A stretch of DNA of 64,000 nucleotides from an uncultured Gemmatimonadota bacterium. Its GTDB lineage: Bacteria; JAAXHH01. Position 1 is the first letter of the stretch. Each line of letters opens with the position of its first letter. The notes under the pieces were generated by a model. That model was not told the DNA's origin and searched no databases. It saw nothing but the letters and a program-made list of their open reading frames with translations. The translations under genes and the position numbers were made by a program. The stretch lies in assembly GCA_951812955.1 (NCBI GenBank), contig OX638340.1, positions 3,584,001-3,648,000 on the forward strand, in the 5' to 3' direction. Below are positions 28,474-37,141 of the stretch, one piece after another.

Positions 28474-31400
28474 GTGCGTCATATGAGAACCATACCCGTC
28501 CTCCTGGCCGGCCTCATCGTGCTGTGTATCATATCCGCCTGTCAGACGACAGGGGTCCGCGAGCGCGTGGCGTTCCAGGCCGAACCAGTCGGCGAAGGTC
28601 AGGTGACCGCCGTGGTCGATTCCACGCGGATCCGGCAGACCATCACAGACCTGGTGTCCTTCGGTTCCCGCGTGGCCGGCTACCCAGGCGCCACCGAAGC
28701 GGCCCACTACCTGGCGGGCCGCATGGACGAGATCGGACTGGAGGACGTGGAGATGGAAGAGTTCGTCGCTTCCGTCCCGCTGGACGAGGGCGGCGAACTG
28801 GTCATCCTGGACGCCACGACCTTCGCAACCCCGTCGATTCCCCTCCACGCCGTGTGGCCCAACCTGGTACGCACTTCCACGACGCCACCGGCCGGGATCA
28901 CGGGCATGCTGCACTACGTGGGCGCCGGCGAATGGACGGACTTCAACGGCATCGATCCCACCGGCGCCGTCTTCCTGATGGACTTCAATTCCGGCGTGAA
29001 CTGGCAACGCGCCGCCATGCTCGGTGCGGGCGCCGTGATCTTCGCGGAACCCGACCACACCACGCGGGTGGACGGCGAGGAGAAATACCTCCAGGTCCCG
29101 GTCAATTTCCCTCGATTCTGGATGGAGAAGGAATGGGCCGGCCCACTCGTGGAGTATCTTGAAGTCAACGGTCCCTTCACCGTCAGGACAAAGGGGCGCA
29201 TGACGTGGAAACGCCTCCCGGCCTACAATGTTATGGGAAAGATCACGGGAACGCACCCTGTGCTGAAGGAAGAAGCCATCGTGCTGGAATCCTACTACGA
29301 TTCCATCTCTCCCGTGCCTGCCGTATCCCCCGGAGCGAACCAGGCATCGGGCGTGGCCGCGCTCCTGGAGATGGCCCGGTACTTCGCAGCCCATCCCCCG
29401 GCGCGCACCGTGTACTTTCTCGCGACCTCAGGGCACTTCCTGTCCCTCAGCGGCGTGAACGACTTCACGAACCGGCATACGCGCAAGACCCCCTATTTCG
29501 CGGAGCAGATCGAAGAACCGATCAACATGAAGCTCTTCGCCGGGATCGACCTCTCGAGCGCCCGGGACCAGATCGGTGTTTATTATGCCGGCATCCTCTT
29601 CGCCGGGAACTCCTTCGAAAAACAACGGTTTTTCACACCTTTCGGCCGGACCTTCATGGGTTACGCGCAGGAGGTGATCCGTCGCGGGGTTTTCCCTTCG
29701 GACGCGCTGATGAACGTGATTACGCCCTCCCAGGGCATACAGAGTACGGAGTTCTTTCCGGCGGGCAACATCGCGCTGGACGCGGAACTGGTCTTCTGGA
29801 CGGGTTTCCCCGCGCTCTCCTTTGCCACGGTTTTCGACGTCCGCGAGTACGTAGACACTCCCCTGGACGATATGGAACGGGTGAATATCCGCAACGTGTA
29901 TACGCAGGCCGTGCTGTTGACGGAACTATTCGGGCGGGCCGTCAACGACCCCATGCTGTTTCCGGACTTCAAGATGCAGCTCGACGATCGTTTCGTGCGC
30001 GGACGAATCCGGGTGGTCGAGTTCGATCCCCGGGAAGACTATATCCCCAGCAAGCCCAAGCCCGGAGCCGTGGTCCGGTTCCGCCGTTACAACAAGAGCA
30101 TCAGCGGGGTCAAGAACGAGATCTTCGTGGTGGCGGACAGCATGGGCGTAGCCGAAAGCACGGAGCTGGAGGCGGGACGCACCTATCCTACCGAGGGATA
30201 CGTCATGGATCCCGATACGGGGGACATCATCTACGCGCCGGACCGGGGTCCCTACGGGGAAGGAGCCTATCCCCTCGAGATTACGATGGACTGGGTGGAC
30301 AAGGAAAAGCCCACGGTAGTCTTCCGTTCCGATGCGACCAACCTGTATGACCTCGTGGATCCGAGGTTCCTTACCCGGCTCAACGAGGCCGTGCTGCTGG
30401 ATGAGTCGGGCAATCCGCCGCTCGAGTGGGGCATGACCTTTCAGGAGGGCGGCTGGACCACGGGTTTCTCCTACGAGGAAGACACGGCCGTCCTTTTCAC
30501 GCCGCCGGAAAGCCGGTTCAAGGTCACCATGTCGAGCGGACTGTTCGGCCGCCGCCTGATCCTTACCAACGCCGGTGAAGACCATCCGGAAGGCATCGGT
30601 TTCGAGTCGGGGATCGGCGCGATTCCCCTGACTTCCTACCAGGTCGCGCGGGACATGTGGCACCTCGACGAAGCGCGGATCGCCGCACTCAAATCCGTGG
30701 GGGTAAGCAACGTCCGGCTGGACGAGTTCCACCAGGAAGCCGGACGCCTGCTGGACCTGGCCGAATCGGCCCGTCAGGACCTGCAGTGGGACCGCTTCAT
30801 AAAGTACGCCCGGGCCGCCTGGGGTTACGAGTCCAGGGCCTACCCCGACGCGACGGGAACGGCCAACGACGTGGTGAGGGGCGTCCTGTTCTACATGGTA
30901 CTGGTGATTCCCTTCGCCTACGCGCTCGAGCGGCTGGTCTTCGGTTTCGCAAATGTCTACAAGCGGATCGCCATGTCCTTTGCCATCTTTCTCGCGGCCT
31001 ACGGCGTGCTTCGATTCACCCACCCGGCGTTCCAGATTACCACGGCGCCCGATATCGTCCTCCTCGCCTTTATAACTTTCGTCCTGGCCGCCGTGGTCAT
31101 CTGGCTCATCTCCCAGCGGTTCAGCCAGACCATGCGGGAGTTCCGGCAGCACACCCACAGCGTGCAGGCCACCGACGTGCGCCGTTCGAGCGCGCTGGCT
31201 ACGGCCTTCGCTCTCGGTATCGGGAACATGCGCAAGCGCAAGGCCCGGACGCTGCTGACCTGCGCCACGCTCGTACTCCTGGTATTCACCGTGCTGTCCT
31301 TTACTTCCGTACAGACCTACCTGCGGATCCAGAAAGTGAGCACGGACGCGGAATCCGTCTACACGGGTTTCCTGGTCAGGAACCCAAACTGGGCGCCGCT

Positions 31401-33069
31401 ACAGAAGCAGACGCACCAGTACGTGCTGTCGGAATTCGGGTCGACAGAGGCCGAAGACGAGGACATCACCATCGTGCCCAGGTCGTGGTACGCCGGCACC
31501 GCGCCGGGGGTGAATACCTACATCAAGGTCGAGCATGACGCCGCGGACAGTTCCGCCCGGTCCACCTACGCGTCGGCCATCCTGGGCCTGCTACCGGACG
31601 AGCGGACGGTCAGCGGCCTGGACCGTATCCTGACGGCGGGAAGGTGGTTCGAGGGGGATGAAAGGGACGTGTGCATCCTTCCCGTTGAGATGGCGCAGCT
31701 GCTCGGGATGTCGGAAGAGGACGCAGGTCAAAAGGAGATCAGGATCTTCGGCAAACCCTTTAAGGTCATTGGCCTATTCGACTCGGCCGCAATGGACAGG
31801 ATCACCGACCTGGACGACGAGCCGCTCACCCCCGTGGATTACACGGCGACGGGGCGCGACCTGATCACAGAACTTGCCATGATGGATTACGATGAGGAAC
31901 CGGTGCAAATGGCCCGATTCGAACACCTCCCGGCCGCGAATCTGATCCTTGCGCCCCATGCCTACGTAAACGACGTCGGGGGAACGCTCCGGTCCGTCGC
32001 GGTCCGTTTCCCCTCGGATGATACCGCCCTCGACCGGATCGAACGCTTCATGCAGCGGCTGGGGATACCCGTGGTGGCCTCCGTGGGCGGAGAGGTCGCC
32101 GTGTACAGCGCCATGGCGCTGAGTTCACTTTCGGGCCTGGGCAACCTGTTCATCCCCATGGTCGTGGCCGCGCTGATCATCCTGAACACCATGATGAACG
32201 CCGTCTATGAACGCTTCAGCGAAATCGGCGTATACAGCGCCGTGGGCCTGGCGCCGGCGCACATTGGCGCGTTGTTCATGGCCGAAGCCGCCATGTACGC
32301 CGTGATCGGCGGCATGTCCGGCTACCTCATCGGGCAGACCGTTGCCCGCGGCATCACGGAATACGAGATGCTTGCGGGGTTGACGCTGAACTATTCCTCC
32401 CTGTCCGCGGTGGCCTCGACGGCCATGGTCATGGTGGTGGTCATGCTCTCGACGATTTATCCAGCGCGCAAGGCCTCCCAGATGGCCGTTCCGGACGTCA
32501 ACAGGCAGTGGTCCTTCCCCGATCCCGAAGGCGACGACTGGCGTTTCGAGTTTCCCTTTACCATCAGCCGCACGGAGACGCTCGGCCTGTGTGCTTATCT
32601 GACCCGGTTCTTCGAGTCCTACGGCGAGAGTACGCTGGGGAGTTTCATGACGGACGAGGTGGGCCTGACGGGCAGGAATGGCGGCGCGACCGGCGCAGAC
32701 GCGGACTCCGCATCGGGCGCGGCTACTGATTCCGCAGCCGGCGGGAACTTCGAATCGGCAGACGCCGCGGCCACGTACGAAATCACCATGAAGACTTGGC
32801 TGGCCCCTTACGACACGGGAGTCAGCCAGCAGGTGACCCTTCACGCGTCGCCCGCCGAGGACGAACACGACCTGTACGCCGTGTGGGTGCACATCTATCG
32901 CCTGAGCGGCGACGTGGATTCATGGCAACGACTCAACCGCCGCTTCCTGAACGTGCTACGCAAGCAGTTCCTGGTCTGGCGCACCGTGGACCAGGAGGTC
33001 AAAACGGTCTACGCGGGTGAGGGGCGGGAGATGATTGCATCCGTAGCGGGAGACGCGGTCGAAGCTTGA
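28474..33069 (+). CDS. Giant lipoprotein fusing a degenerate M28-peptidase/PA-like domain to a MacB/FtsX-type permease
   Basis: Lipobox LIVLCIISAC. M28-like block ESYYDSIS...GANQASGVAALLEMAR...ATSGHF in which Zn-ligand positions are substituted. MacB-type TM1 (NMRKRKARTLLTCATLVLLVFTVL). C-terminal FtsX domain (...MMNAVYERFSEIGVYSAVGLA...STIYPARKASQMAVPDVNR). Asp/Ala/Gly-rich C-terminal tail. Confidence 0.65.
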   Translation: MRHMRTIPVLLAGLIVLCIISACQTTGVRERVAFQAEPVGEGQVTAVVDSTRIRQTITDLVSFGSRVAGYPGATEAAHYLAGRMDEIGLEDVEMEEFVASVPLDEGGELVILDATTFATPSIPLHAVWPNLVRTSTTPPAGITGMLHYVGAGEWTDFNGIDPTGAVFLMDFNSGVNWQRAAMLGAGAVIFAEPDHTTRVDGEEKYLQVPVNFPRFWMEKEWAGPLVEYLEVNGPFTVRTKGRMTWKRLPAYNVMGKITGTHPVLKEEAIVLESYYDSISPVPAVSPGANQASGVAALLEMARYFAAHPPARTVYFLATSGHFLSLSGVNDFTNRHTRKTPYFAEQIEEPINMKLFAGIDLSSARDQIGVYYAGILFAGNSFEKQRFFTPFGRTFMGYAQEVIRRGVFPSDALMNVITPSQGIQSTEFFPAGNIALDAELVFWTGFPALSFATVFDVREYVDTPLDDMERVNIRNVYTQAVLLTELFGRAVNDPMLFPDFKMQLDDRFVRGRIRVVEFDPREDYIPSKPKPGAVVRFRRYNKSISGVKNEIFVVADSMGVAESTELEAGRTYPTEGYVMDPDTGDIIYAPDRGPYGEGAYPLEITMDWVDKEKPTVVFRSDATNLYDLVDPRFLTRLNEAVLLDESGNPPLEWGMTFQEGGWTTGFSYEEDTAVLFTPPESRFKVTMSSGLFGRRLILTNAGEDHPEGIGFESGIGAIPLTSYQVARDMWHLDEARIAALKSVGVSNVRLDEFHQEAGRLLDLAESARQDLQWDRFIKYARAAWGYESRAYPDATGTANDVVRGVLFYMVLVIPFAYALERLVFGFANVYKRIAMSFAIFLAAYGVLRFTHPAFQITTAPDIVLLAFITFVLAAVVIWLISQRFSQTMREFRQHTHSVQATDVRRSSALATAFALGIGNMRKRKARTLLTCATLVLLVFTVLSFTSVQTYLRIQKVSTDAESVYTGFLVRNPNWAPLQKQTHQYVLSEFGSTEAEDEDITIVPRSWYAGTAPGVNTYIKVEHDAADSSARSTYASAILGLLPDERTVSGLDRILTAGRWFEGDERDVCILPVEMAQLLGMSEEDAGQKEIRIFGKPFKVIGLFDSAAMDRITDLDDEPLTPVDYTATGRDLITELAMMDYDEEPVQMARFEHLPAANLILAPHAYVNDVGGTLRSVAVRFPSDDTALDRIERFMQRLGIPVVASVGGEVAVYSAMALSSLSGLGNLFIPMVVAALIILNTMMNAVYERFSEIGVYSAVGLAPAHIGALFMAEAAMYAVIGGMSGYLIGQTVARGITEYEMLAGLTLNYSSLSAVASTAMVMVVVMLSTIYPARKASQMAVPDVNRQWSFPDPEGDDWRFEFPFTISRTETLGLCAYLTRFFESYGESTLGSFMTDEVGLTGRNGGATGADADSASGAATDSAAGGNFESADAAATYEITMKTWLAPYDTGVSQQVTLHASPAEDEHDLYAVWVHIYRLSGDVDSWQRLNRRFLNVLRKQFLVWRTVDQEVKTVYAGEGREMIASVAGDAVEA

Positions 33070-33182
33070 GCGTTCCCCGGTCCCGCCGGGCTCGCAAACG
33101 CGCCAGAGCGCTCCCCGTGGCTGCGGCGGTAGAGATATTGGTTTGAGCGCGGTCCTGATTGTCAGGCTGAAGGAGGAATTCC

Positions 33183-33653
33183 ATGGAAGGCGGCGGCAGC
33201 GAAGGCTCCTGGCTCAACACGCTCATGGGACAGAACGTTCGGGTTATGACGCCGGGATCCGCCACGGAGGATCGCGTGACGGTCATCGAGGCCGTCGAGC
33301 CGCCCCACAGCTCGCCGCCCGTCTTCACCCGCCACGCCTTCATCGAGATGTTCCTGGTCGTCAGAGGTGCCCTGACGTTTCAGTTTCTACACGAAAGCGC
33401 CTTTGTGATCGAAGCTGGCCAGATGGTGACCGTACCCGGCTACCGGCCCCATTCCTTCTGGAACGAGGGGGACGACCCGGCGGCGGTCATGCTGATCTGC
33501 ACGCCCGCGGGGTTGGACCGGTTCTTCGAGGCTTCCGATCGGCTGCTTCGGCGCATGCCGCCGGACACGACCGATCCCGATGAGTTGAAAGCGGAGATGG
33601 CACGCCTTCGGAAGGAGTTCGGGCTGGAACACGTGGCGCCGGCGCCGCGGTGA
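33183..33653 (+). CDS. Cupin domain protein
   Basis: Small beta-barrel cupin-like core (FIEMFLVVRGALTFQF...GQMVTVPGYRPHSFWN). 156 aa. Confidence 0.5.
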   Translation: MEGGGSEGSWLNTLMGQNVRVMTPGSATEDRVTVIEAVEPPHSSPPVFTRHAFIEMFLVVRGALTFQFLHESAFVIEAGQMVTVPGYRPHSFWNEGDDPAAVMLICTPAGLDRFFEASDRLLRRMPPDTTDPDELKAEMARLRKEFGLEHVAPAPR

Positions 33654-33968
33654 GGCTTGATTGTCTTAAGGAGGTAACGCTGTCGTTCAGATATACGTAA
33701 CTTCCCGAAAAGAACGTTACGGTGTCGACGAAACACCGTGGAATAGCACACGATTGAAGGATTTGATGTATCCTATAAACTGAGTTGACCCCGTTTAGTA
33801 CGTATGAATTTTTGTACAACGAGGAGTGTTCGACACAACTCCAAGAAATGTGAATCTGTCTACAAACTGGTAATCTTGGTTTTATGTGCACCGGGTAAAG
33901 TCAGTCCGCGTGGGTATGACAGCGTTTATCGGAAAGCTCGGTCGTATGAGGATCAAGGAGTTGGCGTG

Positions 33969-34394
33969 ATGGCGAGAGTCCGAAAGTCAACTGCAATTGA
34001 ACGATTGCAGAGGTTGGTTGATGAGGCTTCAGAGCTGGATATGGAGGATGATAGCTCTCAGGAAGTTCAAAAATGGATACAGGACGTTTATACCGCTTTT
34101 ATCAACATATTCGGTGAGGATAGTTCTCAGTTTTCACGACTTCCGCAAAGTCACAAAACAACCCCAAGTGGGGTTCGTGAATACCTGAGATCAATGGTTT
34201 CCTGCGTCGCGTCTAGTCTCGATGAGATCAAGTACTTTCGGGAGGATGAAACAGAAACTGTGAAACAACCCTCAGAACAGGGTGACTTAAAAGCACCAGA
34301 TAAGGATTGTTACGACCAGGGATCGGCGACAAAAAAGTCTTTGTCGTTCATGGTCACGACGAGGCCGTCCTGCAGGCGGTTGCGAGATTTCTAG
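33969..34394 (+). CDS. Hypothetical acidic protein (possibly the N-terminal part of a frameshifted TIR-like gene)
   Basis: AAGGAG 33955-33960, ATG 33969. Lower-GC island. Its 3' end overlaps the next ORF by 88 nt, and an A6 run at 34323-34328 separates the two frames. Confidence 0.35.
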   Translation: MARVRKSTAIERLQRLVDEASELDMEDDSSQEVQKWIQDVYTAFINIFGEDSSQFSRLPQSHKTTPSGVREYLRSMVSCVASSLDEIKYFREDETETVKQPSEQGDLKAPDKDCYDQGSATKKSLSFMVTTRPSCRRLRDF

Positions 34395-34768
34395 AAAAGC
34401 TGAAACTCGAACCAGTAATCCTGCACGAACAGGCGAATCAAGGCCGCACGATCATAGAGAAATTTGAGGATCATTCGGATGCGAGTTTTGCCGTGGTTCT
34501 GCTGACACCTGACGACATAGGCGCGGCCGTTACGGATAAGGCCGATCTACGGCACCGAGCTCGTCAGAACGTAATTCTCGAACTCGGATTCTTCATTGGG
34601 AAGTTGGGTCGCAACAGGGTCTGTGCTCTGAAATCGCGTTGTGTCGAAAATCCGTCGGACGTCGATGGGATGGTCTATATCAACCTCGACGAGCCAGATG
34701 CATGGAAGACCGGACTCGTGCGGGAGTTAATGGCAGCTGGTTTCGCCATCGACGCTAACTGGGTTTAG
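34307..34768 (+). CDS. TIR-like (COG4271/CAP12-type) nucleotide-binding domain protein
   Basis: KKVFVVHGHDEAVLQAVARFLEKLKLEPVIL...FAVVLLTPDDIG...RARQNVILELGFFIGKLGRNRV matches the TIR-like COG4271 pattern. Only TTG 34307 is available as a start in this frame. Confidence 0.5.
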   Translation: MLRPGIGDKKVFVVHGHDEAVLQAVARFLEKLKLEPVILHEQANQGRTIIEKFEDHSDASFAVVLLTPDDIGAAVTDKADLRHRARQNVILELGFFIGKLGRNRVCALKSRCVENPSDVDGMVYINLDEPDAWKTGLVRELMAAGFAIDANWV

Positions 34769-34773
34769 CAGCC

Positions 34774-35079
34774 ATGAACGCACAGTTGTCGATTTCCAAA
34801 ACCGAATTGTCAGCCTATTGTAAAAATCATGGCATCCGACGATTAGCAATTTTCGGATCGGTGCTCCGGCCAGATTTTGGCCCGGAGAGCGATATCGACG
34901 TACTGGTCGAGTTCGCACCGAGTCACACTCCCGGTCTGCTGGGCATGGCCGGATTGGAGATTGAACTATCCGAATTGTTTGGCGGTCGGAAGGTGGACCT
35001 GCGGACTCCTGAGGAATTGAGTCGTTATTTTCGACAGAAGGTCATTGACACGGCAGAAGTTCTATATGTGCAGGGATGA
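34774..35079 (+). CDS. mntA: MntA-type nucleotidyltransferase (antitoxin of HepT/MNT toxin-antitoxin pairs)
   Basis: Minimal nucleotidyltransferase motif FGSVLRPDFGPESDIDVLVEF. 101 aa. Confidence 0.7.
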   Translation: MNAQLSISKTELSAYCKNHGIRRLAIFGSVLRPDFGPESDIDVLVEFAPSHTPGLLGMAGLEIELSELFGGRKVDLRTPEELSRYFRQKVIDTAEVLYVQG

Positions 35080-35182
35080 CGAAATCCCATTACAGCACAT
35101 GTTGGACGCCGAGCGGGAGGCAGTGTGTTTTTCACGAGGACACAGTTGGTTGCAGCCGCTAAGTCAAGCCTACCATATCGCG
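35066..35182 (+). pseudogene. hepT: HepT (DUF86) toxin remnant, truncated after 38 codons
   Basis: MCRDDEIPLQHMLDAEREAVCFSRGHSW... matches the HepT N-terminal block, then TAG at 35180-35182. Overlaps the mntA 3' end by 14 nt, as in intact MNT-HepT pairs. Confidence 0.45.
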
Positions 35183-35550
35183 CGTGAATAGTAATCCAGG
35201 ATGGTGGTGTCCGAAGTCACGAGCAGGCATTTGTTCAATTTGGCCGTGGCCACGATCGTGCGGTCGACAGGATCCCGGTGATCCCAGTCCAGTTCGAGAT
35301 TCCCAATCCATGTCCGCACGTCCACTGGACGTACTTCAATCCGTTCGGTCCGTTCCAGATTTTATGCGAAGTCCTGAATGGACAGGGGCAACACAAGATC
35401 GGCCTTTTTCACCCTAACGCCGATCTCCCAGATCGAGATCGAACTGATGCACACGCGGTCGGCTTGTGTAATCGTCTGGTCGTCGATTTTGGACAGGCGT
35501 TCGGGATCCAGTGTCCAGAAAACAAGCGCGGACGTATCCAGTACGACCAT
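35161..35550 (-). pseudogene. VapC-like PIN-domain toxin interrupted by an in-frame TAA
   Basis: MVVLDTSALV...SIWEIGVRVKK...DFA, then TAA (35362-35364), then the same frame continues ...DHRDPVDRTIVATAKLNKCLLVTSDTTILDYYSRAIW* carrying the remaining PIN acidic residues. Confidence 0.6.
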
Positions 35551-35780
35551 TACGTTTCATCCCATTCGTCGATTGTCGGTGTGTCGATGTCTCCATGATA
35601 GACGATCTTTCCCCGCAGTCCATCGAAGATCCTGTCAACCGATTGCTTTGGCTTTATGGGTTTTACACTGAGAACTGGACTCCGGTTATGCGTTACGATC
35701 AGATCCTCGCCCGATTCCTCGATTTCTCGAAATACCCGAAGCATATTGGCCTTCAGCTTGCTCTTCGATTTGAACAGCAT
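35550..35780 (-). CDS. Phd/YefM-family antitoxin
   Basis: KLKANMLRVFREIEESGEDLIVTHNRSPVLSVKP matches the Phd/YefM N-terminal fold pattern. The stop shares a nucleotide with the vapC start (TGATG). Confidence 0.55.
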   Translation of the reverse strand: MLFKSKSKLKANMLRVFREIEESGEDLIVTHNRSPVLSVKPIKPKQSVDRIFDGLRGKIVYHGDIDTPTIDEWDET

Positions 35781-35950
35781 ATGGACTCCAGTCTGTTTAG
35801 TAAAAGACTATGGGCATGACCCTGGTTATATTCGAAGGATTTCCTATGAACCGTCAAGGATTTATCTCATTCTCGGCAACTTAGAAGTCGGATTCCGTGC
35901 GACTATTCCGACTGTATAGGTATGATGTTCAATTCAATGTGTAAGACAGG

Positions 35951-35979
35951 TTGACAATCGACGTCCCGACGTCTAATAT
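35951..35979 (+). promoter_or_regulatory. Near-consensus sigma70-type promoter (TTGACA-N17-TAATAT) with tandem GACGTC palindromes in the spacer; predicted leaderless start for the MTase gene
   Basis: TTGACA 35951-35956, spacer atcGACGTCccGACGTC, TAATAT 35974-35979, ATG 35986. No RBS. Confidence 0.4.
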
Positions 35980-35985
35980 TAAAAT

Positions 35986-37122
35986 ATGGCCACTAACACC
36001 GAAAGATACGCTCCTGGTCGAGTACGAGATGCGATAATCCGGGTGATGAGACTAACGACAGAAGGTTTGTCTGCTAAACAGATCGCAGCGAGAGTTGCAA
36101 AGATAGAGGGCCACATGCCTGAGTCCTCGATCAGGTCTTATCTTCGTCTGAACACTCCAGAGACATTTGTTCGTGAAAGGAGGGGGGTATACCGCCTTAA
36201 GGTAGATCATGACAGCAGTCTGCAACGAACGATGTTCAGGAGTCCACCTTGGCAGGAACCCTTCAAGTTTGGATCGGCTACATTGTTTCATAGTGAATGT
36301 TTGGATTGGCTGGACGCAAGAGATGACCAATCAATCCACGCGATAGTTACCGATCCACCTTACGGTCTGCAGGAATACACAGCGAAAGAGCAGACGAAAC
36401 TCCGAAATAGGAAGGGGGGGATCTGGAGGATTCCTCCTGCATTTGATGGCCACGTTCGTTCGCCGTTACCAAGATTCACTACTTTAACCGATGAACAAAA
36501 ACTTTATCTTCGGGAGTTTTTCTATATCTGGTCTCGTCTACTGATCCCCAAGTTGGTACCTGGCGCCAACGTGGTCGTTGCCTCCAATCCACTACTCTCC
36601 CACATTGTCGCCGGCGCTATAGCGGATTCGGGGCTTGAAAGACGCGGCGACATCGTCAGGCTTGTTATGACTATGCGTGGCGGTGATCGGCCAAAAGCGG
36701 CACATGATGAATTCAAGGACGTCAGTGTGCTCCCCAGATCAATGTGGGAGCCATGGCTGATATTCCGTAGGCCTGTGGAGGGAAGAGTACAGGACAACCT
36801 CAGAAAATGGAAAACGGGAGGGTTTCGACGGCCGACTGGACTCAAGCCATTCGGAGATGTTATTCAATCTTCCCCGACCAGAAAAAATGAGAAGGCGATA
36901 GCACCTCACCCCAGCCTTAAGCCACAATCCTTCTTACGACGCCTCGTGAGGGGTGTTCTTCCACTAGGTGAGGGTATAGTTGTCGATCCCTTTGCCGGCG
37001 CTGGCTCTACTCTCGCGGCCGCTGAAGCAGTTGGGTACGAGTCAATCGGAATAGAAAAGGATTCTCTGTACTTCAATATGGCCAAGGAAGCACTACAGCC
37101 ACTAGCCGAGCTCGAAGTGTAG
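35986..37122 (+). CDS. Beta-class DNA methyltransferase (N6A/N4C type) with N-terminal HTH domain
   Basis: Motif IV TDPPYG upstream of motif I VVDPFAGAGST (beta-class order). N-terminal ~80 aa HTH-like (LSAKQIAARVAKIEGHMPESSIRSYL). Lower-GC island. Confidence 0.8.
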   Translation: MATNTERYAPGRVRDAIIRVMRLTTEGLSAKQIAARVAKIEGHMPESSIRSYLRLNTPETFVRERRGVYRLKVDHDSSLQRTMFRSPPWQEPFKFGSATLFHSECLDWLDARDDQSIHAIVTDPPYGLQEYTAKEQTKLRNRKGGIWRIPPAFDGHVRSPLPRFTTLTDEQKLYLREFFYIWSRLLIPKLVPGANVVVASNPLLSHIVAGAIADSGLERRGDIVRLVMTMRGGDRPKAAHDEFKDVSVLPRSMWEPWLIFRRPVEGRVQDNLRKWKTGGFRRPTGLKPFGDVIQSSPTRKNEKAIAPHPSLKPQSFLRRLVRGVLPLGEGIVVDPFAGAGSTLAAAEAVGYESIGIEKDSLYFNMAKEALQPLAELEV

Positions 37123-37141
37123 GGACTGAAGGAATCCTCAA

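Noticed and set aside
35076-35164. Alternative frame MTKSHYSTCW... starting at the ATG that overlaps the mntA stop
   Set aside because: No family resemblance, whereas the neighbouring frame reproduces the HepT N-terminal block.
35184-35417. 77-aa plus-strand ORF in the TA region
   Set aside because: Overlaps the vapC remnant on the other strand and has Trp/Cys/Pro-rich nonsense composition.
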